Shown: positions 8,096 to 16,221 of the stretch, piece after piece
How the letters are laid out: the number at the start of each line of letters is the position of its first letter
How positions within the stretch are numbered: the stretch's first letter is position 1
Virus record (IMG/VR): IMGVR_UViG_3300030098_002071
Span: 13,759-77,758 of that record
Direction: 5' to 3' (one strand)
Length of the DNA stretch: 64,000 nt
DNA from: a virus
Program-made: the position numbers and the translations under genes
Notes under the pieces: model-generated
What the model was told of the DNA's origin: nothing
Seen by the model: the letters and a program-made list of their open reading frames with translations, nothing else
Database searches by the model: none

Positions 8096-8263
8096 ATGGA
8101 GTTTGACAGTGACGACTTAGATGATTTTTGCGATCAGCAATTTGGGCATACAGATTGGTCGTTCTACGACATGATGACGGAGGAAGAAATAAAGAAGCAA
8201 AAGAAAAATATGTATGTGATTGCTCTTTTTATAAAACCCAGAGAAGGAGGCAAAAATGAATGA
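8096..8263 (+). CDS. Small acidic hypothetical protein (55 aa)
   Basis: Below the ORF-track cutoff; AAGGAGGT RBS, MEFDSDDLDDFCDQQFGHTDW... Confidence 0.65.
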   Translation: MEFDSDDLDDFCDQQFGHTDWSFYDMMTEEEIKKQKKNMYVIALFIKPREGGKNE

Positions 8264-8468
8264 TACAGAGATCTTAAAAAAAGTTGAGGAATGGCTGATA
8301 GAAGAGGTATATGAGGGTGCAGAAATTGTTGAAGCCAAAGATAACAAGGAGGAGGCCGTCACTTCAGATGGCACTGATGACATCATATATGGTCGAGCCG
8401 AATGTGCAGAAGGTCTTTTAAAACAAATGGCAAAGTGGAAAGGGGAGGGGGTGAAGAATGAAAATTGA
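8256..8468 (+). CDS. Small acidic hypothetical protein
   Basis: AAGGAGG RBS; overlapping chain of ORFs. Confidence 0.7.
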   Translation: MNDTEILKKVEEWLIEEVYEGAEIVEAKDNKEEAVTSDGTDDIIYGRAECAEGLLKQMAKWKGEGVKNEN

Positions 8469-8646
8469 TTTTACGACAGATGTTTTTGGCGAGCATTGTG
8501 ACGTTCAGGCAGAAGTCTTTAACAATAAAATTTCATACATTAAGTTGGATGGCGATAATTATGTGCACGATTTTGATACCCTGCCAAAATTTTTAATCGA
8601 TGCTATTTATCAACGGGCAAAAGAGGAGGGGGTGAGTGATGAGTAA
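8458..8646 (+). CDS. Hypothetical protein
   Basis: GGAGG RBS; overlapping chain. Confidence 0.65.
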   Translation: MKIDFTTDVFGEHCDVQAEVFNNKISYIKLDGDNYVHDFDTLPKFLIDAIYQRAKEEGVSDE

Positions 8647-8872
8647 AACTTTTTTAACCAAGAAACAAAAAGCAACTCTAGAAAAATCGGGGTGGGAAAT
8701 TCCTCCCACTAAGGAGGGAGTCATTTGGTTTGGACAGGATTGGGACAGTAGAAAAAACTCTTTGGTATCAATTAGCAACGAGCATCCTGATTTATTAGAT
8801 GCATCAGATGAGAGCATTGTTGGATATGATTTTTTGGTGGTAGGTATTAGACCTAACAAAGGGGGTGAGTGA
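8636..8872 (+). CDS. Hypothetical protein
   Basis: GAGGAGG RBS; overlapping chain. Confidence 0.65.
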   Translation: MMSKTFLTKKQKATLEKSGWEIPPTKEGVIWFGQDWDSRKNSLVSISNEHPDLLDASDESIVGYDFLVVGIRPNKGGE

Positions 8873-9111
8873 TGCCCAAGTACAAAGTGAGTTTTGAATA
8901 CGAGGCAGAGGTGGAAGCAGACAATGAAGAGGATGCCATCTTCAATTGTTCTACTCTCATATGTGAATACATGGGGGATAACGCAATAGTAGAGGAGATA
9001 GAGGAGGGTAAGACTTGGGTAACTGAGGAGGAGTTGCGACAGCTTTGTTTGAAAGAGACAGAGCAGTTCGTAAAAGAATCAACAAATAAAAAGGAGAATA
9101 AAAATGACTAA
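8869..9111 (+). CDS. Small acidic protein (V-E-A-x-x-E-E-x-A family)
   Basis: YKV....EAEVEADNEEDA; resembles the next gene. Confidence 0.65.
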   Translation: MMPKYKVSFEYEAEVEADNEEDAIFNCSTLICEYMGDNAIVEEIEEGKTWVTEEELRQLCLKETEQFVKESTNKKENKND

Positions 9112-9289
9112 AAGAAAATTTAGGGTGGATGCAGTGCTTGATGTAGGTTATTCACTCATTGTTGAGGCAAGAGATGAGGACGAGGCTTATGAGATTGCCA
9201 AAGAAAGGCCGGAGGATTTCCGAAAAGCTGACGATGGGCATGAATGGACGGTGGACAGCAATGTCATTGAATTGGAGGGAGATGAGTGA
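9104..9289 (+). CDS. Small acidic protein (V-E-A-x-x-E-D-E-A family)
   Basis: FRV......LIVEARDEDEAYEIA; AAGGAG RBS. Confidence 0.65.
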   Translation: MTKRKFRVDAVLDVGYSLIVEARDEDEAYEIAKERPEDFRKADDGHEWTVDSNVIELEGDE

Positions 9290-9666
9290 TGTCTGATAGA
9301 AAAGCATACTTTAAAAAATATCGTGAGAAAAATAAAGAAAAGATAAAAGCATACTTTAAAAAATATCGTGAGAAAAATAAAGAAAGGATAAAAGCACAAC
9401 GTACAAAATATCGTGAGGAGAATAGAGAAAAGAGACACGCATACTCTAAAAAATATCGTGAGGAGAATAAAGAGAAAGAAATAGCACGACATAAAAAATA
9501 TCGTGAGGAGAATAGAGAAGAGTTTAGAGATAGGACGAATAGAAGTAATTTTAAAAGAAGATCTCTTATACCAAGAAAGGAGATTCCAAAAGAGTTAGTA
9601 GAAGCACATGTAACATTAGTTAAAATTAAACGATTTCTTAAAAACCAACAGGAGATAACATCATGA
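9286..9666 (+). CDS. Basic protein with 15-aa KKYRE(K/E)N(K/R)E repeats
   Basis: Five 45-bp units each containing AAAATATCGTGAG (about 9301-9520). Confidence 0.75.
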   Translation: MMSDRKAYFKKYREKNKEKIKAYFKKYREKNKERIKAQRTKYREENREKRHAYSKKYREENKEKEIARHKKYREENREEFRDRTNRSNFKRRSLIPRKEIPKELVEAHVTLVKIKRFLKNQQEITS

Positions 9667-9884
9667 GTAAACCTACAAAATTCTCAAGTAGATCAGGAAT
9701 AGACACGTTAACGGACGATTTACTTGATCTATATAAATGTGCTGTAGCAGGTACTATGAAACGAGCAGATGTAGATACTGCCGCAAATGTAGCAGGTAAA
9801 GCTATTAATGCTTTTAAGGCAAACTATGAGTATAAGAATCTTAGGAAAAATAGAAATATTGATCCAGTTAATTTTGGTGAATAA
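9663..9884 (+). CDS. Hypothetical helical protein
   Basis: AGGAG RBS; coupled to the repeat protein. Confidence 0.7.
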   Translation: MSKPTKFSSRSGIDTLTDDLLDLYKCAVAGTMKRADVDTAANVAGKAINAFKANYEYKNLRKNRNIDPVNFGE

Positions 9885-9894
9885 CAAAGGAGCC

Positions 9895-9922
9895 GTAGGA
9901 AGTCATAATTATGACTTCCTAC
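9895..9922. promoter_or_regulatory. 28-bp palindromic operator-like site 5 (perfect palindrome)
   Basis: GTAGGAAGTCATAATTATGACTTCCTAC equals its reverse complement. Confidence 0.8.
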
Positions 9923-9932
9923 AGAGAACAAT

Positions 9933-10088
9933 ATGAGTTGGATAGTAAAAGTTAAATTTGAAGTAGATGAGGTTGAGAACGCAGATGTATTCACAGAGTT
10001 ACTCTCTAATCTGGGTGATGGCATTCTTAACGGTGATAACCTTATAAGTTTTTCAATTAAAGAAAACCCTGAGTGGAAAGGAGAATAA
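9933..10088 (+). CDS. Small hypothetical protein (51 aa)
   Basis: Hand-translated MSWIVKVKFEVDEV...PEWKGE; fills the operon gap. Confidence 0.55.
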   Translation: MSWIVKVKFEVDEVENADVFTELLSNLGDGILNGDNLISFSIKENPEWKGE

Positions 10089-10090
10089 GC

Positions 10091-10360
10091 ATGAGTGATA
10101 TAGAAGAAGGTTTGTTTTCGGTTCGGCACGTAGAAGTTAATCCGGTTAAGCGTGTAGGTGTACGTGATAACGATCTATTAGGAACCTCTACAGAAATAGA
10201 GGTAAGCATAGGCGAAGCTACATGGATACTAAATTTATTCGGTAATAGTGATCCGTATACTTTGATTAAGTTATTAGAAGATGGTGGGGTTGCTAATGTG
10301 AGTATAAAGAGACGGCTAGGTGATGAGAAAGATAATACAAAATTAAAATCCGTAAAATAA
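10091..10360 (+). CDS. Hypothetical protein
   Basis: AAGGAG RBS before ATG 10091. Confidence 0.7.
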   Translation: MSDIEEGLFSVRHVEVNPVKRVGVRDNDLLGTSTEIEVSIGEATWILNLFGNSDPYTLIKLLEDGGVANVSIKRRLGDEKDNTKLKSVK

Positions 10361-10382
10361 ATTTTAAATAAGGAGAGTAATC

Positions 10383-11324
10383 ATGGCACGAGAAGAAAGA
10401 GAATTTGTATATATGTGTAACTTAGAGGATATAGACAAACAAGGGGATACGGTAAGAGATGGTATGAGGGATTTAGCACGAGAAGTTATATGTCGTTTCC
10501 CTAACTTATGTTTATCTTTTACTAAAAGAGGCAGGGTTTGGGCAGGTGATGACAAAGTAACTTATTCATCTACGAATCAATTTAATATTGCAGATAAGCG
10601 TGATCCATATACATCACTAGCTAAAATGAGTAATCAAGGGAAAAGATATATAGATTCTAGTAGTTCTAATAAGCCGTATTATGGTATCAGTCATAAAGAC
10701 ATTAGACTAAAAAATAATGAAAAGAAATCTACAAATATTAAAGCAATTATAAAAGTGTTAAAGAACTTAAAAGTGCATGAACAGTTTACAGAAAGTTACA
10801 CTGTTAAAGGACACGTAAGATTTGTGTCTAAATTGAACGACTATAAAAGAGTAATGCATAGTAGCCTAAACGGAAATGACTATTACAAAACCCAAATAAA
10901 TATAAAAGAAATACATAACATGGTACAACATGGGTATAAACCTGTAACTGGAACATTTAAAGAAGCTTTTGAAAGGTACTATACACATTACGAAAACAAT
11001 GAAAAAGCTAGAGCGTGGAGTCCTGCAATTTATCATGTCTTTAAAAATGTAGTTACAGATAGATACACGGTTACAAGGGCTACTCTAAAAACAGGTGCTG
11101 ATAGTATAAAATTATTTCTAAACCTACAGAATCCAGAAATAATATGTGAAAGGGTTACTGAGAAAGACGTACCAGAAATTATCTCTGATCGGATGGCGGT
11201 TATGGATATGGGTATGGATATGGATATAGGTAACGACTTAGCTAGAGTAACTGAAAGTAAGTATTTCGAGGGTACAGGCATGAAGGAAAAGCCAAATAGA
11301 TGGTGGGTTATCCTCGATGAGTAG
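10383..11324 (+). CDS. Hypothetical protein (313 aa)
   Basis: Long ORF, AAGGAG RBS; its C-terminal ~50 aa resemble the next gene. Confidence 0.8.
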   Translation: MAREEREFVYMCNLEDIDKQGDTVRDGMRDLAREVICRFPNLCLSFTKRGRVWAGDDKVTYSSTNQFNIADKRDPYTSLAKMSNQGKRYIDSSSSNKPYYGISHKDIRLKNNEKKSTNIKAIIKVLKNLKVHEQFTESYTVKGHVRFVSKLNDYKRVMHSSLNGNDYYKTQINIKEIHNMVQHGYKPVTGTFKEAFERYYTHYENNEKARAWSPAIYHVFKNVVTDRYTVTRATLKTGADSIKLFLNLQNPEIICERVTEKDVPEIISDRMAVMDMGMDMDIGNDLARVTESKYFEGTGMKEKPNRWWVILDE

Positions 11325-11562
11325 GGCTATGGGTTTAGGTTATAAACCAATAAGGTTAGAGGTTAAGCCTGATGGTATTGAATTCTGGGACTATACGGGC
11401 GTAACAGGAAGACAAGGGAGAGAACTTATACAGGAGGAAGATTTACCTGAAGAAGTTATGCGTAAGTATTCACTACTTGCTATAGCTGAAGTAGGTACTG
11501 AAGTATACGGAATCGGTTCAAGAGATACCGAAACTATTTATCACATATCAATAAATATATAG
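11317..11562 (+). CDS. Hypothetical protein
   Basis: EDLPEEVMRKYSLL...EVYGIG motif; overlaps the previous gene. Confidence 0.7.
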   Translation: MSRAMGLGYKPIRLEVKPDGIEFWDYTGVTGRQGRELIQEEDLPEEVMRKYSLLAIAEVGTEVYGIGSRDTETIYHISINI

Positions 11563-11571
11563 GAGAATATC

Positions 11572-12624
11572 ATGGCGTTTGGACAAATAAATTTTAGTCA
11601 TTATCCAGTATTAAATAAATATATAGATGCAGTGGAACGATATGAATCCACAAAACCTATAACCAGAGGGAAATACAAAGGCTTAGTACCTCTTGCTAGG
11701 CGAGCAGATGTATTTCAGTTTATGCAGAAAGATGAACACACAGGAGATGTTAACATCTATCTCGAAACTCCTCCTATGGCACACGCTATAAAATGTTTTG
11801 CAGGGGTAAATCAACCTGTACTATCTTTCCGAAGGGATGGGGGTTTAAAAATAGGCTTTCGTATTCTACATGGTGAACCTGATCTCAATAATAAGGTATG
11901 CCATATGGTGCAATACATATTGGGGAATAGTCTGTATATAGGGTGGACATGGGGCATGCAACCTGTAGTGCATCATCGTCATCTAGTTACAAATACTGAT
12001 ATTAAATATCATGCTTATTTTGCACCTAATGATGGGACGAGGTGGCATTTTGATGGTGACAGAGAATGTTTAAATGCAGGTACAGGTCTAAATTGGGTTG
12101 TTAATAATGATAAGAAACGTGTAATAACACAACAATATCGTGGGTTGTTTGACTACATAAAAACATCCACTGCGTTGATGCAACTTAAAGATAGGAACAG
12201 GTGGGGGGAAACTGTAGTGGATGAATATCGTATAGACAAAGTTTTATCTATGCACGAAGATATAATCCCTGCATTAGCAAATCCTGAGGCTTTTGATCTA
12301 CATTCCCAATTTGTAACTAGTGCGTTAGAATCTTGGGATCAAATGGGATTTGTAAGTAAACGACCTAAAGTAATAGCCGCTATGCTACGGAATGTTATAT
12401 ACAAATATTATGCTCGTTTTATTGTAGAGGAAATTAAGATTGACCAGAGAGCAGATGGTTCGTCTGATCAAGGGCAATTTCCTAGGAGAACTAATGATAA
12501 ATACAGAGGGTGGTACGAATCACGGTCGAGAAAGATAAACGGGCTAAAAGCACTAAACAAATATATTACCGATAATAATCTACCGATGCCTTTGATTAAC
12601 TCCGGTTATGAGGATTGTATATAA
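11572..12624 (+). CDS. Hypothetical protein (350 aa)
   Basis: Long ORF, AGGAG RBS; N-terminal YESTKPITRG...PLARR. Confidence 0.8.
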   Translation: MAFGQINFSHYPVLNKYIDAVERYESTKPITRGKYKGLVPLARRADVFQFMQKDEHTGDVNIYLETPPMAHAIKCFAGVNQPVLSFRRDGGLKIGFRILHGEPDLNNKVCHMVQYILGNSLYIGWTWGMQPVVHHRHLVTNTDIKYHAYFAPNDGTRWHFDGDRECLNAGTGLNWVVNNDKKRVITQQYRGLFDYIKTSTALMQLKDRNRWGETVVDEYRIDKVLSMHEDIIPALANPEAFDLHSQFVTSALESWDQMGFVSKRPKVIAAMLRNVIYKYYARFIVEEIKIDQRADGSSDQGQFPRRTNDKYRGWYESRSRKINGLKALNKYITDNNLPMPLINSGYEDCI

Positions 12625-12803
12625 TGAGTTTAGATAGAGATATATTAGTAGGTATCCTCGACATTATATATGAAGAGTTACCTTCTGAAAGAGATAAAGA
12701 AGTTTTCTCTGAGGCGGTAAAAAATGCTCATACAGAGATAGCTACATTATTAACTATGTTAGCCGATATGGACAAAAAGGGGGACAATCGTGTTTTACAC
12801 TAA
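12624..12803 (+). CDS. Hypothetical protein
   Basis: GAGG RBS; TAATG overlap with the previous gene. Confidence 0.55.
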   Translation: MSLDRDILVGILDIIYEELPSERDKEVFSEAVKNAHTEIATLLTMLADMDKKGDNRVLH

Positions 12804-13041
12804 ATTAAATCATTTCGCTTTTTGGCTATGGGTTTGTTTATTTGTTGCTATGGCATGTACGCCCCTATTAGTAGAGATAGTTAAGAGTATATTAGAAGTT
12901 GTATGAAACCGTTTTATGAAGAAGAAGTATTTATAACGGGGGAGGCATCTAAGGATTCCTCTCACCGTTGTAAAAGAATACACAAACTAGTAAATTTAAA
13001 TTATCAAAGACTTGAAATGGCTCTAAGTGGATGGGTTATAG

Positions 13042-13326
13042 ATGACACCAGAAGCAAAAATAAAACATCAAGTTTACAAAGTATTGCGTAAAAACAATGC
13101 TTATTATTTTTCGCCTATCATGAATGGATATGGTAAATCAGGTGTACCTGACATAATTGTGTGTTATAATGGGAAGTTTGTAGGTATTGAATGCAAGGTC
13201 GGTAAGAAGAAACCTACAGAGTTACAACAAAAAAATTTAAATGAAATTGAGTCATCAGGAGGGCATACGCTAGTAATTAACGAAAACAATATATTAGCGG
13301 TGCAGGATTTACTTAATAAAATGTAA
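13042..13326 (+). CDS. VRR-NUC domain nuclease (Holliday-junction-resolvase-like)
   Basis: TPEAKIK...GVPDIIVC..GKFVGIECK......LQ PD-(D/E)XK pattern. Confidence 0.9.
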   Translation: MTPEAKIKHQVYKVLRKNNAYYFSPIMNGYGKSGVPDIIVCYNGKFVGIECKVGKKKPTELQQKNLNEIESSGGHTLVINENNILAVQDLLNKM

Positions 13327-13382
13327 AGGTTTTCCTGTAGTGTTTGTGGGTTTTAATTGGTTACCACATACTCTGCAATTCC

Positions 13383-13410
13383 GTATGGGGTCATAATTAT
13401 GGCTTCATAC
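13383..13410. promoter_or_regulatory. 28-bp palindromic operator-like site 6, upstream of DNA polymerase
   Basis: GTATG-GGGT-CATAATTATG-GCTT-CATAC, extended by TTCC/GGAA arms. Confidence 0.75.
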
Positions 13411-13441
13411 GGAAACCAGTTCCAACACAGGAGGGTGTATC

Positions 13442-15286
13442 TTGGACTTAGTTACGTTAGATTTTGAGACTTATTATGATGATAAGTATTCACTATCAAA
13501 AATGACTACAGAAGAATATATAAATGACGATAGATTTGAAGCTATTGGAGTGGCTGCCAAAGTTAATGATGGCGAAACTGTATGGTGCACTGGTAATTTT
13601 ACTGAGCTTGAAAAATTTTTAATTCCTTTTAATCTACAAAACTGTGCTGTCCTAGCACATAACTGTATGTTTGACGCTGCCATACTAAATTGGATTTATG
13701 GCATAAAACCTAAACTTTTACTAGATACTTTAAGTATGTCTCGTGCTTTACGTGGAATTCAAGCAAGGCATAGTTTATCTGCTCTAGCTCAAGAGTTTGA
13801 AGTGGGCGAGAAAGGTACTGAAGTTGTAAAAGCAAAAGGCGTAACTAGAGAAGATTTCTTACGGGACAGAGCCTCGCTTTCTGAGTATGGAGGTTATTGT
13901 AAGAATGATGTTGAGCTAACTAAAAAGATATTCGATATTTTGGGAAAAGGTTTTCCTAGGAAAGAATTAGAGTTAATAGATATAACCTTAAGGATGTTCA
14001 CAGAACCCGCATTAAAATTAAATACTCTCTTACTAAATGATCATTTAGATAAAACTATACAGCACAAGGAAAAGTTACTAGCTGACAGTAAGTATGAAAA
14101 AGAAGTTTTAATGAGCAATCCGCAATTCGCAGAGGTACTAAAAGAATTAGGAGTAGAGCCTCCCACTAAGATATCTCCACGTACAGGAAAAGAGACATTT
14201 GCATTTGCCAAAGCAGATAAAGATTTTCAAGCATTGCAAGAGCATGAAGATTTAAGAGTGCAAACCGTAGTTACAGCTAGACTTGGAGTAAAGTCTACGC
14301 TGGAGGAAACTAGAACCAAACGGTTTATAGGTATAGCTGAAAGAGTAGGGATGTTACCGATTCCATTACGTTACTGTGCCGCACATACTACACGATGGGG
14401 TGGGTCAGATAAAATTAATCTGCAGAATTTACCTAGTAGGGGGGTAAATGCGAATACCTTGAAGAAAGCCATAGTAGCACCTTCGGGTTATTCAGTAATA
14501 AATACCGACTCATCCCAAATAGAAGCTAGAACATTGGCTTGGCTTTCTAAGCAAAATAATTTAGTCAAAGCGTTTAAAGAAAAAGAAGATGTCTACAAGA
14601 TTATGGCTTCAAAAATATACCAGAAAAGAATTGATAAGATAACCAAAGGAGAAAGGTTTATAGGCAAGTCTGTAATTTTGGGTTGTGGCTATGGCATGGG
14701 TGCTAAGAAGTTTAAATTATTCATGGAGGTACAAGGAGTAAAACTAACAGATAACGAAGCCGAAGCAATTATAGAGACATATAGGGATTTTAATGAAAAA
14801 ATAGTTGATTTTTGGGGAGGTGTAAATTCCGCATTATACCGAATGATATCGAATGATACTAAAACATATGTGGTAGGTAATGGCCTTATAGAATCTAAAG
14901 GTTCTGGGTTTGTACTTCCTAGTGGTTTAGTTATACAATATCCTGATTTAAAAGTAAAAACTGAAGGAGAAGGTAGGGAAAAGAAAAATAGTATGGTATA
15001 CACATCTCGTATGGGGGACACATACATATACGGAGCTAAGTCAGTAGAGAATATAACGCAAGGAGTAGCGAGATGCATCATAGGGGAACAGATAATACAG
15101 ATAGCTAAAAAATACCGTGTGGTATTAACTGTACATGATTCTGTTATATGTTTAGTCAGAAACGATGAAGTATCACCCGCACTTGATTATATTGAATCCT
15201 GTATGAGATGCACCCCTAAGTGGGCTGAAGGATTACCATTGGATTGTGAGTCAGGAGTAGGAAGAAGTTATGGCGAATGTGAATAG
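13442..15286 (+). CDS. polA: DNA polymerase family A with 3'-5' exonuclease
   Basis: Exo DFETY and AHNCMFD; NLQNLP; motif A DSSQIEAR; motif B RFIGKSVILGCGYG; motif C VHDS. TTG start after AGGAGG. Confidence 0.95.
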   Translation: MDLVTLDFETYYDDKYSLSKMTTEEYINDDRFEAIGVAAKVNDGETVWCTGNFTELEKFLIPFNLQNCAVLAHNCMFDAAILNWIYGIKPKLLLDTLSMSRALRGIQARHSLSALAQEFEVGEKGTEVVKAKGVTREDFLRDRASLSEYGGYCKNDVELTKKIFDILGKGFPRKELELIDITLRMFTEPALKLNTLLLNDHLDKTIQHKEKLLADSKYEKEVLMSNPQFAEVLKELGVEPPTKISPRTGKETFAFAKADKDFQALQEHEDLRVQTVVTARLGVKSTLEETRTKRFIGIAERVGMLPIPLRYCAAHTTRWGGSDKINLQNLPSRGVNANTLKKAIVAPSGYSVINTDSSQIEARTLAWLSKQNNLVKAFKEKEDVYKIMASKIYQKRIDKITKGERFIGKSVILGCGYGMGAKKFKLFMEVQGVKLTDNEAEAIIETYRDFNEKIVDFWGGVNSALYRMISNDTKTYVVGNGLIESKGSGFVLPSGLVIQYPDLKVKTEGEGREKKNSMVYTSRMGDTYIYGAKSVENITQGVARCIIGEQIIQIAKKYRVVLTVHDSVICLVRNDEVSPALDYIESCMRCTPKWAEGLPLDCESGVGRSYGECE

Positions 15287-15947
15287 TTGGTCTTACAGTA
15301 GTATCAGTCTCTTTAAGCAATGTCCTAAAAAATACTATCATTTAAAAGTAATAAAAGACATTAAGGAGCCTAGATCGCCAGCAATGCTGTACGGTAATAA
15401 AGTCCATAAGGCGGCTGAAGAGTACGTAGCAAATAATGTAGGAATACCAAAGCCTTTTAGCTACATAAAGAAATCAATAGATGCTGTTTTAGATAATTTT
15501 GAAGGAGAGCGACATTGTGAGTTACGGTTAGGACTTACTGAAGATTTAGATCCCTGTTCTTTTTATGCCGAAGATGTTTGGTACAGGGGGATTGTAGATT
15601 TACTTATAATAAATGAGGAAAAAAACAATGGGCTTATTGTTGATTACAAAACAGGTAAGCGTCCTGATAAAGCTGATACAGATCAATTAGAACTTATGTC
15701 TTTGGCTGTGTTCAGACACTACCCACATATCAAGAACATAAAAGCAGGGCTAATGTTTTTAGTTAAAGATACTTTAATTAAAGCTAAATATTCTAGTGAC
15801 CAACAGGACGATTTGTGGGTAAAATGGAAAGAAGATATAGATAATTTAAACACTTGTTATGCCAATGGGGTATGGAACGCTATGCAGAACTTTACGTGTA
15901 GTAAATGGTGTCCTGTAACCGATTGCGTTTACAACGGGAAATTTTAA
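15270..15947 (+). CDS. PD-(D/E)XK (RecB/Cas4-like) exonuclease
   Basis: WSYSS...CPK, GNKVH, GIVD...VDYKTGK...QL, C-terminal CxxCxxxxC. Confidence 0.88.
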   Translation: MANVNSWSYSSISLFKQCPKKYYHLKVIKDIKEPRSPAMLYGNKVHKAAEEYVANNVGIPKPFSYIKKSIDAVLDNFEGERHCELRLGLTEDLDPCSFYAEDVWYRGIVDLLIINEEKNNGLIVDYKTGKRPDKADTDQLELMSLAVFRHYPHIKNIKAGLMFLVKDTLIKAKYSSDQQDDLWVKWKEDIDNLNTCYANGVWNAMQNFTCSKWCPVTDCVYNGKF

Positions 15948-15948
15948 T

Positions 15949-16206
15949 ATGCCATATGTAAATAAACCAAGACCTTATAAGAAAGAATATCAACAACAAA
16001 AAGAACGTAATGAGCACGAAAGAAGAATGAAACGCCAAAAAAATAGAAGAGATTTAGATAAAAAAGGCGTGAATAGAAAAGGCAAAGACATAGACCATAA
16101 AAAACCTCTATCAAGAGGTGGTAGTAACAGCCCTAAAAATCTACGTCTAATTAGTAGCAAAAAGAATAGAAAGTTTAAAAGAAGGTCGGATCATAAACCC
16201 GCATAA
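15949..16206 (+). CDS. Small HNH endonuclease-like protein
   Basis: DIDHKKPLSRGGSN...NLRL....NR. Confidence 0.8.
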   Translation: MPYVNKPRPYKKEYQQQKERNEHERRMKRQKNRRDLDKKGVNRKGKDIDHKKPLSRGGSNSPKNLRLISSKKNRKFKRRSDHKPA

Positions 16207-16221
16207 AACTTAGGAGGTTAA

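Noticed and set aside
9895-9922. 28-bp palindrome as a dif/Xer site
   Set aside because: It shares CATAA/TTATG and length with dif, but lacks the 6-bp central spacer and the TTATGTTAAAT XerD arm.
12790-13091. Small ORFs between 12803 and the VRR-NUC gene
   Set aside because: Competing short frames with weak RBS evidence; the real one cannot be chosen from sequence alone.
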